The notes under the pieces were generated by a model. It ran no database searches and had not been told where the DNA came from. It saw only the letters and a program-made list of their open reading frames with translations. From Azolla caroliniana (Eukaryota; Plantae; Polypodiophyta), in assembly GCA_043228905.1 (NCBI GenBank), contig JBHGNT010000007.1, positions 5,022,001-5,086,000 of the forward strand: a stretch of 64,000 nucleotides of DNA. Reading direction: 5' to 3'. Position numbers and translations under genes: made by a program. This document shows, one piece after another, positions 25,243 through 37,903 of the stretch. Positions within the stretch are counted from its first letter, which is position 1. Each line of letters starts with the position of its first letter.

Positions 25243-28200
25243 TGTTGGGAACTCGACGTTCCTTATGTCCGACGCTCGGCCACAACCGAGATTCTTTTTC
25301 ATACACAGAAAACAGGTAATGAGACGCGACACAAAAGAGGAGAAGAAAAAGGAGAAATGGTACACAGGAGGTATACGTGGAAAACCCCAAAATAGGGGAA
25401 AAAACCACGGCAGCCCACGAGCTGCAAACTGTCACTATGCAGAAATATACAACAGTGAGATCACTGAGGCAACGACCTCGTGTTCTCAGATCTTCGCCAC
25501 AGGCGGCGGTTACAACAGAGGCAACGACCTCGTCTCTCTCTCTCTCTCTCTATACAGTTGCGCGCTCTGATTTCTTCTTGCACCAACAAGAAGGAATAAC
25601 AACAAGAATGACAACCACTAAAAAAGGTTTGCCCTAAGTCATATTTATACTAATATGACTTTTCGGCTATTTACAAACGTAGCCTCGATGGGCTCCATCC
25701 GGCTCTCCGCAGTCGGGTACTCCTCATCCGGTTCATACCGGGCCTACACCATCCGACTCTCCGAAGTCGGGTTCTCCCTATTCGGTTCATACCGTTTCGG
25801 CCTCAGCCGAGTTTGTTCGTCGGCACTGTTCTTCTCCCTTCCCATCCGGAGGGACCTGTCTACCAACAAACTCCCCCTTCACTCCGGCATGGGGTGTCTC
25901 TCCAGCCCGATCCTCTTCCGGCATGCGTCCAGCTTGTCGGGTGTCAGCACTTTGGTCAGCATATCTGACCCGTTCTCGGCCATGTGGATCTTCGTCAGTG
26001 CGAACTCTTGGTCATCTACCCTTTCCCGAATCCAGTGATACCTCCGCTGGATATGCTTCGTCCGGGAATGGTAGGCCGCATTCTTAGCAAGGTGGATGGC
26101 ACTTTGACTGTCGCAATAGAGTCGGTATTCCTCTTGCCGGATACCGAGCTCTCCGATGAAGTCCTTCATCCATAATATTTCCTTGCCGGCTTCTACAGCC
26201 GCCATGTACTCCGCCTCTGTGGTTGACAATGCAACCGTCTTCTGCAGCCTCGACTGCCATGAAACAGCTCCCCCTGCATATGTCATCACATACCCGGATG
26301 TAGACCGGCTGGTATCCACATCAGCCGACATGTCCGAATCGGTGAAACCGTCCAGTTGAGGTTTTCCGGAGCCGAATCGGAGACACATATTTGAAGTGCC
26401 CTTCAAATACCGGAGTATCCACTTGACCGCATTCCAATGCTCCTTGCCGGGATTACTCATGAACCGGCTCACCACTCCGACTGCGTATCCAATGTCCGGT
26501 CGGGTACAGACCATTGCGTACATCAAGCTCCCGACGGCAGAGGCATATGGAATCTTCATCATATCTGCCTTCTCTCCTTTTGTCTTCGGGCTTTGCTTGC
26601 CGGACAACTTGCAGTTTGACGGTAGTGTCGATCCGACGGGTTTTGCATCTGACATGTTGAACCGGTGAAGCACCTTTGTCACATACTTCTCCTGTGACAG
26701 CCATAGTTGCTTCACTGACCGGTCCCGAATGATGTGCATCCCCAACATCTGTCTTGCCGGACCCAGGTCTTTCATTGAGAAGGTCCGGTTGAGAGCCTTC
26801 TTCAGCATCCGTATTTTGCCTTGGTCTCGTCCGACGATCAACATGTCATCCACGTACAGGAGGAGTATCAGGAAATCCCCTCCTTCGAACTTCTTCACAA
26901 ACACGCAGTGATCGGCCTGCGTCTTGTGGTACCCTTGATCGGTCATGAAGGAGTCGAACTTCCGATACCATTGCCGGGGAGCCTGCTTCAGTCCGTACAG
27001 GCTCTTCTTCAACCGGCATACCAGGTGCTCCTTCCCTTTCTCCACAAATCCTTCCAGTTGCTGCATGTAGATTTCCTCTTCGAGGTCGCCGTGGAGGAAT
27101 GCCGTCTTCACGTTTAGCTACTCTACCTCGAGATCCATGCTTGCTGCTATACTCAGCACCGTCCGGATGGAGGTCATCTTTACTACCGGGGCGAATATTT
27201 CGTCGAAGTCCACACCCTTCTTCTGCTGGAACCCCTTCACCACGATCCTAGCTTTGTATCTCGGGGGGTTGCCGGCATCTCCCGGTTTCAACTTGAATAC
27301 CCACTTGTTTCGGAGTGCCCGCTTTCCTTTCGGCAGCTCCACCAATTCGTACGTATGGTTCTCATGCAGGGAATCCATCTCATCCTGCATGGCACTTAAC
27401 CATTTTCGGCTGTGGGTGTCAACCTTCGCTTCTTCGAAGCTTTCCGGCTCCCCCTCATCGGTTAGCAGGACATGCTCTGCATCCGGAAATCTCCGGGGTG
27501 CCCTTCTCTCTCTGAGAGGATATCTACGTCTTCGGGCTTCGGTAATCGGTTCCTCCATTTGCTCTTCATCCGAATCCGATTCGGGATCTTGACCGGTTCC
27601 GGTCTCAGCTTCCTCTACTTCTTCTTCTGCCGGTTCGGTATCCTCACCGTAACCGGCTGGTTCCTCGAGTGCTAACCGGTCTCCTGCCGGTTGGGTCTGC
27701 TCATTGTAGAGTCTATCCTTACCGGTCGACTCGGAGTTCACTATCTTCTTCTCCGACTCCCAGTCGGCGAGTGTCTTGTCCTCCATGAAGATAATATCTC
27801 GACTCCGGAATACCTTCTTGTCGACCGGGTCCCACACTCGGTAGCCGAACTCGTCGTCACCGTAACCGAGGAATATGCATGGCCGGGTCTTTGGATCTAG
27901 CTTTCCTCTCCGGTCCTTTGCTACATGCACGTACGCGAGACACCCGAACACCCTTAGATGCCGGTAGGACACTTCCTTACCGGTCCATACTCTCTGTGGC
28001 GTGTCTCCGTCCAGGGGCACTGAGGGTGATCTGTTTATCACATATGTCGCCGTCGACAATGCCTCAGCCCAAAACTTCTTGGGTAGTTTTGCATGCGCTA
28101 GCATACTCCGGACCCTCTCCATTATGGTCCGGTTCATCCTCTCGGCCAGTCCGTTTAGCTCCGGCGTCTTCGGCACGGTAAATTCGAGCCGGATTCCCTT

Positions 28201-30645
28201 CGAGCGGCAGTACTCCTCGAACTGCCCCCGGTACTCACCTCCGTTATCTGCTCGAACCGCCTTCAGCTTCCGGCCGGTTTCTCTTTCCACTCTCGCGTGG
28301 AGCTCTTTGAAGACGGATAACACCTGATCCTTCGTCTTCAGCGGTGTGGCCCACAGCTTCCGGCTGTGGTCATCTATGAACGTCACGAAGTACTGCGCTC
28401 CGGCATGTGACTTCGTGTCTACTTGACAAACATCCGTATGCACCAACTCCAGTGGTGCATTACGTCTCATCGGTGGCCTTGGTCGGAAGGAGGTCCGGTT
28501 CTGCTTACCGGCCAGACAATCAGTGCACTTCTCTAAGTGCACGTTCTTCACTGGAATGAGGTTGTCGTCTCCAAGCCTCTTCATCCCCTTCTCACTCATG
28601 TGACATAGCCTCTTGTGCCACAGCTCACCGGCAGTGTCGGAGGCCACGTTCACTTCTTCTGGACATAACCGGGCATTCATCAGGTACAGGATGTTTACCT
28701 TCCGGGCCCGAGCCACAATCAGGCTCCCTTTGCTGAACTTCATGACACCGTTCCGGATGCTACCCGTGTAGCCTTCATCATCTAGCCGACCGGCTGATAT
28801 CAGGTTCAGACGAACTTCCGGAACGTGTCGGACATCTTTCAACAGCAACTTGCATCTGGTTGGTGTTGTCAGCCACACATCTCCTATGCCGACAATTCAG
28901 CATGTTCCTTCATTCCCCATCCGGACATAGCCGTGATCACCGGCTGAGTAGGATGAGAAGCATTTCCGGTCCGGGGTAAGGTGGAACGACGCTCCGGAAT
29001 CTACCACCCAGGTCATCTCATCGCCGGCATGGTTTATCGCACTCTCCTCGGTAATGAGCATCAACTCCTCTTCACTTGCCGCAATTGCCGTCGTTCCCTT
29101 CCGGTCCGGCCCCCTCCGATCTTTACCGTTCCGGTCTGTACCGTTTCGGTTCGGGGTTTGCTTCGAATCGGTACCGTCGGTTTCCTTGTCTTTACGGAAA
29201 TGCCGACAGTTCTTTTGGAAGTGTCCCGGCTTGCCGCAATAGAAGCAAGTAGGCCTCCCCCTTGACTTTGACCGTGTCCCCGACTTCTCCCGGTTCTGGG
29301 GACTACGGTTTCTATGTCTTCCGCGTTCCGATTCGGTAAGGAGAGCTTTGGAGTCGAAGCTCGTATCTTTGTCTTTCCAACGAGCCTCCTCATCTAGCAA
29401 GCTCGACTTTACTCTTGCTAGGGATAACCGTTTTCCTTCCGGCCCGGCGTTGCCCAAAGTGACAACCAACGTCTCCCAGCTATCCGGGAGGGAACCGAGC
29501 AGGAGTAGCGCTAGGACCTCATCGGCAAGAGGTACTTCCAATGACGTTGCCTGGTGAATCAGCCCCTGGAAGGCATTCATATGCTCCGCCATGCTGGAGC
29601 CATCTTGGTACCGGAGTCTTACTAGCTTCCGGAATACCGACGCCTGATTGACAGCATTTTTGTTCTGGAACATTGTGCCGATCTTCTCCCAGAGCTCATG
29701 AGCCTTACTCTCTTCATTGAAGTTGTTGTACAGGCTCATGTCGATGAAGCACCGTATGTACGTCGTTGTCTTCATGTGCATCACCTCCCATATCGCGGCG
29801 TCGATTTTGTCCGGTCTCTTGTCCCCGAACTGAACCGGCAGCCAGAGGTCTTTAACCACGAGCATGTCCCTCATCTTCGACTTCCACACTGAATAGTTGG
29901 AGCCGGTGAGCTTGAACATGCCGCCAAACGATTCGTCCATTTTCTGTGTCGATTTCGCTCTGATACCACTTGTTGGGAACTCGACGTTCCTTATGTCCGA
30001 CGCTCGGCCACAACCGAGATTCTTTTTCATACACAGAAAACAGGTAATGAGACGCGACACAAAAGAGGAGAAGAAAAAGGAGAAATGGTACACAGGAGGT
30101 ATACGTGGAAAACCCCAGGGGAAAAAACCACGGCAGCCCACGAGCTGCAAACTGTCACTATGCAGAAATATACAACAGTGAGATCACTGAGGCAACGACC
30201 TCGTGTTCTCAGATCTTCGCCACAGGCGGCGGTTACAACAGAGGCAACGACCTCGTCTCTCTCTCTCTCTCTCTATACAGTTGCGCGCTCTGATTTCTTC
30301 TTGCACCAACAGGAAGGAATAACAACAAGAATGACAACCACTAAAAAAGGTTTGCCCTAAGTCATATTTATACTAATATGACTTTTCGGCTATTTACAAA
30401 CGTAGCCTCGATGGGCTCCATCCGGCTCTCCGCAGTCGGGTACTCCTCATCCGGTTCATACCGGGCCTACACCATCCGACTCTCCGAAGTCGGGTTCTCC
30501 TCATCCGGTTCATACCGGGCCTACACCATCCGACTCTCCGAAGTCGGGTTCTCCCTATTCGGTTCATACCGTTTCGGCCTCGGCCGAGTTTGTTCGTCGG
30601 CACTGTTCTTCTCCCTTCCCATCCGGAGGGACCTGTCTACCAACA
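25243..30645 (-). mobile_element. Young full-length copia element C
   Basis: LTRs 25243-25868 and 29971-30645; TSD AGACT at 25238-25242 and 30646-30650; PBS TGGTATCAGAGC at 29957-29968; PPT agggggag. Confidence 0.97.
25879..29940 (-). pseudogene. Copia C gag-pol polyprotein, single frame with two in-frame stops
   Basis: Three ORF-track segments are in one frame; TGA at 28897-28899 and TAG at 27118-27120 fit CGA>TGA and CAG>TAG; all domains present (CCHC, DSGAS, HHCC, DDE, YVDD, RNase H). Confidence 0.9.
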
Positions 30646-33180
30646 AGACTTTGGCGAAAGACTTTCTCCGAGCTGCTTCAGTCAAGATTGCACTCGTGAT
30701 TTCGGAGTACTTAATGGCAGTTGTTGAAGCATTGCACACGGTTGTGACGAAAGTTTCCCAAGAAGAGGGGAGACTACTCATGAGTATCATTGCTCTGAGT
30801 TCATTCTCTATTGTCGTCCCCTGAGACGATATTTGGGAGCTTAGGCTTTCGTACTCATTGAGGTGTACCTGAACCGAATCGGATTCTTTCATCTGCAAGT
30901 TGTAGAGGCGCCGAATCAGATACATCTTCGTTGTGGCGACCTTCTTTTCATAAGTTTCCGACGGTGTTTTCCAAAGTTCAAAAGTTGTCGAGCATGATTG
31001 CACTAGGACGTACACTGACTCCGACAAGTGCATCCGAATCGTGGCGCGGACAATTTTGTCCAGCTTTAGCCACTCGTTTGCCTTGTATGCTTCTAGAGGA
31101 TTTTCATTCTCAATCGGGTCTATCTGACCCTTGACTATGAGATAGTCCTGCATTTGTTCCTTCCAGAAGTTGAAATTCGAACCGTCAAACCTCCTTAGAC
31201 TCATCTCCGATGAGCCGGATGTTGATGCCATCTGATTTGGTTTCGGTTGGTAAGACTCTGTTCAGAGTTGACTAGGAACCTTAGTGGGGTGCAGCCTATC
31301 GGCTCACCCGATATCGTTCTAGTTGGTCTTGAACCCGAGTCAGTTTGGTTTCGGATACGTGTTTGCTTAACCTTCTTGGAGTGACTCCGGTTAGCTTCCG
31401 ATTGTATGCCGAATACTGATCACAAGAAACCGATTGTTTAGGCCGATTCTGCTTCGAATGACTGCAGCGATGAGAGGGACAAATCCAACTAATCCTCCTG
31501 AATGTCGATCAGCCGAATGAAGCACGAATTTGGTTGTTGCCTGGAGACCAATCTCAAGTGGTTACAATCACAGGAACAGAGTACAGCTGGCTAGCTTACT
31601 CCAATTAGTGATTTAACACAAGGAGATGCAGACTTCTTGTTTGTCTTCTCTCTTCTCTATTCTTCAAGAAAAAATAGAAACAGAATGTTGTGTGGTGTAC
31701 TATGACAGTCGGCAACGGGTTGAGGAACCTACAACGCTCTGATACCAAATGTTGGGGACAAGGTCATCAGTGCGGAAGAACAAACAACATCTGTGATGTT
31801 GAAGGACCTATGTATGAGAATAAACAAGATACACAAAGAGAGAGAGAGAGAGAGAGGCACAAAGAAACGTTTTATTTCTTAATAGCAACAGTTACAAATG
31901 ACAACCAACAACCTTACTAAAGGTTACAAAGTCACTTATATAGTGACTATCCTAGGGCAACTGCCCTTTATGCTATTTACAGAAATAGCCCAAACTTGGG
32001 TTGTCCAAAGGGACTGTGTGAATACGGCCATTATACGCTCGTATTCGACATGCACGTCCTCTGGTACCTGCCAAGAAGAGAGTGTGAGATTTCGGCTACG
32101 GTGATCAATCAAATTTCTCCACGTCCTCGTTGACCTCGTTCACGTTTGCGGGTTCCACCCTACCATCTTCATCATTGAGGTTATTGAGGTCATGACCCTC
32201 TTCTTTTCTTGAAGATCTTTACTCTCCCCCACTAGACCTACACATCCACCAATATGTGCCAAGAAAAAAGAGTGATGCGGTGGGGCCAAAGGTTGTGAAC
32301 CTTTGATTTTGTCTTTCCTTGCACCTTACCTATGCCGACTTTGTTCCTCCATTTTGAGCATGTCCATTCCTTTCACCTGAACCATTGTCGCCACCCAATC
32401 CACCATATCATTCGCTCATTCTTTGCTTTACCATGACCAGTTGTCCTGGCCCCTTGTTCTCCGCTCGAGCAAATAACCGTTTAGGCCTCATGCACGTTCC
32501 ACTTTTGTCCCGATCATCTCCTCGCTCAAGGCACTTTGACCCATCATGCATTTTTTTTTCATATCTTCCTCCCCAAAGCTTTATCTGAATAATGACATTG
32601 ACTACCCCATGTAGTACCTTCAAGTGCATGCCCACTTCAAGGTCCTTATGTGACCATATTTCATATTTCTCACTTTGTCCACCTTCATGGTGCAATCTCG
32701 TGTTAGAGTTGACGATTTTCACACTAGTGTCCTCCTTGTTAGATGTTGTGATCACATCCTTCGGATCTTCATGGCTTGCTTGGCCATCGTCATCCCTTGT
32801 CAAAGTTCATACTTTGCTCGAACTTGCTGGCTTGGTCCTTCCCCTCGCCACCACCTTCCATTTCTTGGGTCTCATGTTGGTGTCACGGACAAGTAGACAA
32901 GGCTCAATACTAAGAGAGTGAGAGAGAGATCAAAGACAAGATAATAAGAAAGAGAGAGAGCAAATAGTCAAGACAACAAGAACTGAATTATGATTCCGTA
33001 ACTGGTGTTGTTCACCTTGACTAAGGCCAAGGTGAACCCCTATATTTATACATGTTTATGGGCTCTAAATGTAGCCCCATGCAAAGACTCATTTTCATGC
33101 ACAAGCTTCTAGAATGTTCAAGCTTCTGGACCTTTTTGGAAGCTTTTAAAATCCTACATGTAGAATAGATAATCTGCAAT

Positions 33181-33229
33181 TGTTAAGAAATGGAGTCTGT
33201 GGTGATTGCAATGCAACGAAAGATGAGAG

Positions 33230-33276
<47 letters not shown>

Positions 33277-33282
33277 CAACAA

Positions 33283-33320
<38 letters not shown>

Positions 33321-36300
33321 AATTAAATTGTATATTACATAAGACTTCCAACAGTAACTAAGTTACAATGAGTTGGTTTATATACCAACTAAGCTAGGGC
33401 AAGCGCCCTTTCTACTATTTACAAAACTAGCCTGGTATGTCCATGGGCTAGTGTGAACCTATTCCTATGGGAAGTTGAGTTCGATTCTCAACACGCCCCT
33501 TCAAACACAACTTCCATCTATTCCATTTGAAGTACGGCGTACATATCTGCATATCAATGTGTACTCCCCCTCAAGCTCCGCAATGTAGGCGGCATGAGAC
33601 CAAAAGCCGATGCGAATTTCCCGAGCTTGTCTACTCCTAAGCCGATGCGAATTGACATACCGTAGTATACTCTTAGCACAATCGAGATGAAGGTTGCATT
33701 CTGTTGAGGACGTCCTCAACGGCACTACGTCCTCAAGTGGCTTCTTAAGTCGGCATATGGCATGCAGATGTTTACGAGATTCGAATCCAAGTGGTTGTAT
33801 CATATACACTTCTTCTTCTAGCTCTCCTTGGAGGAAGGCATTTTTCACGTCCATCTGGTGGAGGTGCCACCCTTTCGCTGCGGCGAGTGCAATTATGGTT
33901 CGTACTGTGGTCATCTTTGCCACCGGGGCAAAGTTCTCTTCATAGTCTACACCGTGTGTTTGCGCATATCCTTTTGCAACGAGCCGTGCTTTGAAGCGAT
34001 TTACAAAGCCATCGGCATTATGTTTCACTTTGTAAATCCACCTACAACCGATCGGTTTCTTGTTCGGGGGATGAGGAACGAGATCCCATGTCTTGTTTTT
34101 ACATAACGCTTCCATTTCCTCATTCATCGCATTAACCCATCACAGATCCTTCACAGCTTCAGAAACCGTTTCTGGCTCCCGTATTGACGCTACCTTCATC
34201 ATGAAGGCGTAATGATACGCTAAGTACTCGTCATAGCCGTAGTAGTTTACGGGGTTCTTCTCACGCGTAGATCAGCGTGGCTTGTCGTTTGCAGACTCTA
34301 GAGGTTTCTTCAAGCCGTCCGTGTGAATGTCAAGGCCTTCGAACTCACTGTCAAGATTGAAATGATCTTCGTATTCGTGCATTTTTGCCTTGCCTTTGTC
34401 TAGCTTCGGACTTGGCTGAAATGTGCTTTTAAACTTGGGGGCTCTTGTGGTTCACTTAGCCATGTCATAGTTGGGTTGTCTTCAAGCATCTACATGAGCC
34501 GATACTCAGCTTCTATTCTTATTTCGGTGTCATCCACATCAAGCGGAGTCGAAGTATTCTCTAGTGCGTACCAAGATGCAGACTCGTCGAAGACTACGTC
34601 TCGACTTATGCGAAATTTTCAGGTAGATGGGTTGTAGCATTTATACCCCTTTTGTTCGAGCGAGTATCCCACGAGGATACATTTCTCCAACTTTGGATTG
34701 AGCTTTTGCCGCGTATCGTTGGGAATGTGTAGATAGGTGATTGAGCCGAAAATGCGGATATGCGATAAGTTCGGCTTCTTCCCGAAAAACTTCTCATGAG
34801 GAGTTATGTCGTGTACACCTAAGGTTGTGCATATGTTCATGAGGTATACTGCCGTATTTGCCACTTCTACCCAGTATGATTTCGGCAAGTTCTTCTCATT
34901 CATCATAGTTCATGCGACTTCGACTATGTGCCTGTTTTTCCGCTCTATTACGCCGTTTTGCTGAGGCGTATGTCGGCACAAGAACTCTCGTCGAATTCCT
35001 TCTTTTTGGAGATACTCCGTGAACTCATCCGCAAAGTATTCTTTACCTCCATCTGATCAAAAGCAGCGTACATGACAGCCCGTAGCTTTTTCTACTTCGG
35101 CTTTGAACTTCCGGAAGTGTCCGAACACTTCGCTCTTCTGTCTCATCGGGTAGATCCAGGTATTCCTAGAGAAGTCGTCAATGAACATGACATAATAACG
35201 GCATCCGCCGAAGGTAGCCGTTTGGGTTGGTCCCCACACATCTAAATGTATTATATCCAAGATCCCTTTGCTCACATTCCGCTCCTTAGAGATTTCCGAA
35301 TTGGCATGCTTCGCACACGCCCATGATCTCCTTTGCCATAAAGTTCGGAAGTCCGATTACGACTCCTTTCGTCTGCATGTTCTGAAGCTTCTAGAGATTA
35401 AAGTGGTCGATCCTCTTGTGCCACAATTTCAAGTTAGTTTCACGATGGCCGACATTACCTCGCTCAACTCGAGGATGAACATACGGCCTTCACGACGGTT
35501 GTGGGCTACGATTCGATCGCCTTTTTCGATAAAACAACCGTCATTGTTGAATCGTACTTGCATTCCCTGTTCGTCAATCTGACCTACTGAGATCAGGTTC
35601 TTCGTGATTGTTGGGACATGCAAGACGTTCTTGAGGTAAGTTTGGTCCCTGTCATTTCCGAATGGGACATTCCCGATATGTTGTATTGAATGAGTTGTGT
35701 CATCGCCAGTCTCGACATATCCGGGCTGATCGGGTTTACGCAGTTCCCGTAACCAATCTTCATGAGACATCATATGGTTGGACGCACCCGAGTCAACAAA
35801 CCATACACTATTTGAGGCGGAGGTGCTAGTTGAAGCTTGTGCGGTCATTGAGTGTGCTTTATGCCTCATTACGAACATTCCGCCACGATCGCCGTAGTCA
35901 GAATTTGTTGCGTAGTTCGTGAGTTATCGGCCTGCCTCACGTTTCTTCTTCTGGCACTCTTCTTCATAGTGGTCGGGTTTTCCGCAGTACTAGCACTCGA
36001 CTCGGTTTCGGCGATTGCTCGGTCCGGCGTTATGACTCCCCCTTCCGCCACGCTCTTTGGGCCAGTTCCTTTCCGCTTGCCACTGGTGGGAGTTACGCCC
36101 TTGATTCCGCCGATCATTATGGCCTTGTCCGAAACGACCTCTGTTTCCACGGCCGAAATCTCTTCTATTATCCGATTGGGAATAGAGCAAATGACCATCT
36201 GATGCATTGCTCCTCTATCGGGCGTGATTCTCTTCGACCAACAATATCGATTGAAGGTCAAAGAAGGAGGGAGGGTTCTCCCTTGCAAGCATGGCTGATC

Positions 36301-36926
36301 TAATCACGTCGAAATACGGTGCTAAGCCTCTGAGGCATATATGCACCAGTTCGTCATCATCAATGACGACGTTGATCGATCCAAGGGCGTCACATAGCTC
36401 CTTGATCTTCAAGGTATAGCTTGAGATTGACATGTCCCTCTGTTGGATGTTATTCAGCTCCTAACGAAGCTAGAGCTTGCGTGTGGCCATGTTGGCTGCG
36501 AAAGTCTCGAATGTAGCCAAGCATATGATCATGAACGCATGATGTTAGACAATACAACACACGGCTCGCAGTCTGCTCCCAAGCGGGATAGTCGACGTGT
36601 GTTGGGTTGGTTTGCGTTTCGTGAGCTCCTTCAATGTAGCTTCAGTAACCTTGTCCGACAAGGTATTGATGCATCTTGTACTCCCAAGATGCAAAGTTCA
36701 TTCTGTCGAGCTTCTCCGTAGGAAGAGCACTTCCCATCTGAGTTTTCATGGTGATTTCTTCTTCTGTTGATTAGCCGGTTCTGTTGATCATCGGCATGCA
36801 TCACAACACAATCGAATAAGTGTGATCAGACAACCACATGCTCTGATACCATGTTAAGAAATGGAGTCTATGGTGATGGCAATGTAGCGGAAGATGAGAG
36901 ACTATGTGTGTGTGTGTGTGTAGCAA

Positions 36927-36973
<47 letters not shown>

Positions 36974-37144
36974 TTAAATTGTATATTACATAAGACTTCC
37001 AACAGTAACTAAGTTACAATGAGTTGGTTTATATACCAACTAAGCTAGGGCAAGCGCCCTTTCTACTATTTACAAAACTAGCCTGGTATGTCCATGGGCT
37101 AGTGTGAACCTATTCCTATGGGAAGTTGAGTTCGATTCTCAACA
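33181..37144 (-). mobile_element. Copia D, internally deleted, same family as 41017-45747
   Basis: LTRs 33181-33493 and 36852-37144; PBS at 36841-36851; near-TSD GCAAT/ACAAT. Confidence 0.9.
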
Positions 37145-37903
37145 ACAATAAACTAGTAAGGTAACATGATTATGTATTGGATGTATTGGTTAAAACATAT
37201 CGATTAAATATAGTAGCTCAAGAGTTCAAATCACGACATGATTGTTGTCATGTCCATGACATTATCCTCCTGCTAAGGCCGCCTCCGAAGATGCCTCCCC
37301 GATTTTTGTGGATATTGGTGATGAAATGCATGAACAACATCCGGTGCATTCTTCAAGTGTTGGGATGGTTCCCAAGTTGCCTCTGAAATGGGATACCCTT
37401 TCCATAGGACTAAGTATTGAAGTTGTCGTCAATGCCAATGAGAGTCCAGAATCTTGTCCACCTCATACTCCTCACAAGTGGAAAGCTCAATTGGAAGTGG
37501 AGGTGGAGAGTGTCTTCCAGGAATAGTGGATGGATGATAAGGTTCAAGAAGAGAGGCATGGAAGACATTATGAATCCGGAAATGTGGAGCAAGTTCCAGC
37601 TGGAAAGTGACGGGATTGACACACTCAATGATGCGGAAAGGCCCCAACTTCTTGTAATCCAACTTTCCGCAAGGTCGAGTAGTATCGACATGGCAACATA
37701 ACGTAAGAGCCAAACTTGATCACCAACTGCAAAGGTAGGTGTCGCGGAACGATGTCGATCAGCTTGCGCTTTATACCAGTCCCTTGCAAGGATGAGTTCG
37801 AAGGAGAGGTCTTGATGAATGTCGGCTAAAATACGAGCACGTCCTTCCGTTGGCGAGTTGACAAAGTTGCCAGGGATGGAAATACTGAAGTGAGGATGGA
37901 AAC

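Larger units (their letters stand above)
21303..32050 (-). mobile_element. Copia element with both LTRs, decayed pol, hosting a younger copia
   Basis: LTRs 21303-21615 and 31750-32050; TSD TGCAC at 21298-21302 and 32051-32055; tRNA-iMet PBS TGGTATCAGAGC; PPT; gag 30651-31231 and 24498-25240; INT/RT/RH fragments. Confidence 0.95.

Noticed and set aside
27118-28899. In-frame stops in copia C as programmed readthrough
   Set aside because: They fall inside conserved protease and RT motifs and fit single C>T changes (CGA>TGA, CAG>TAG), consistent with methyl-C decay.
32408-32803. ORF in the 3' region of gypsy J as an env-like or extra gene
   Set aside because: Short and low-complexity, with no transmembrane or family motif, and truncated by an insertion.
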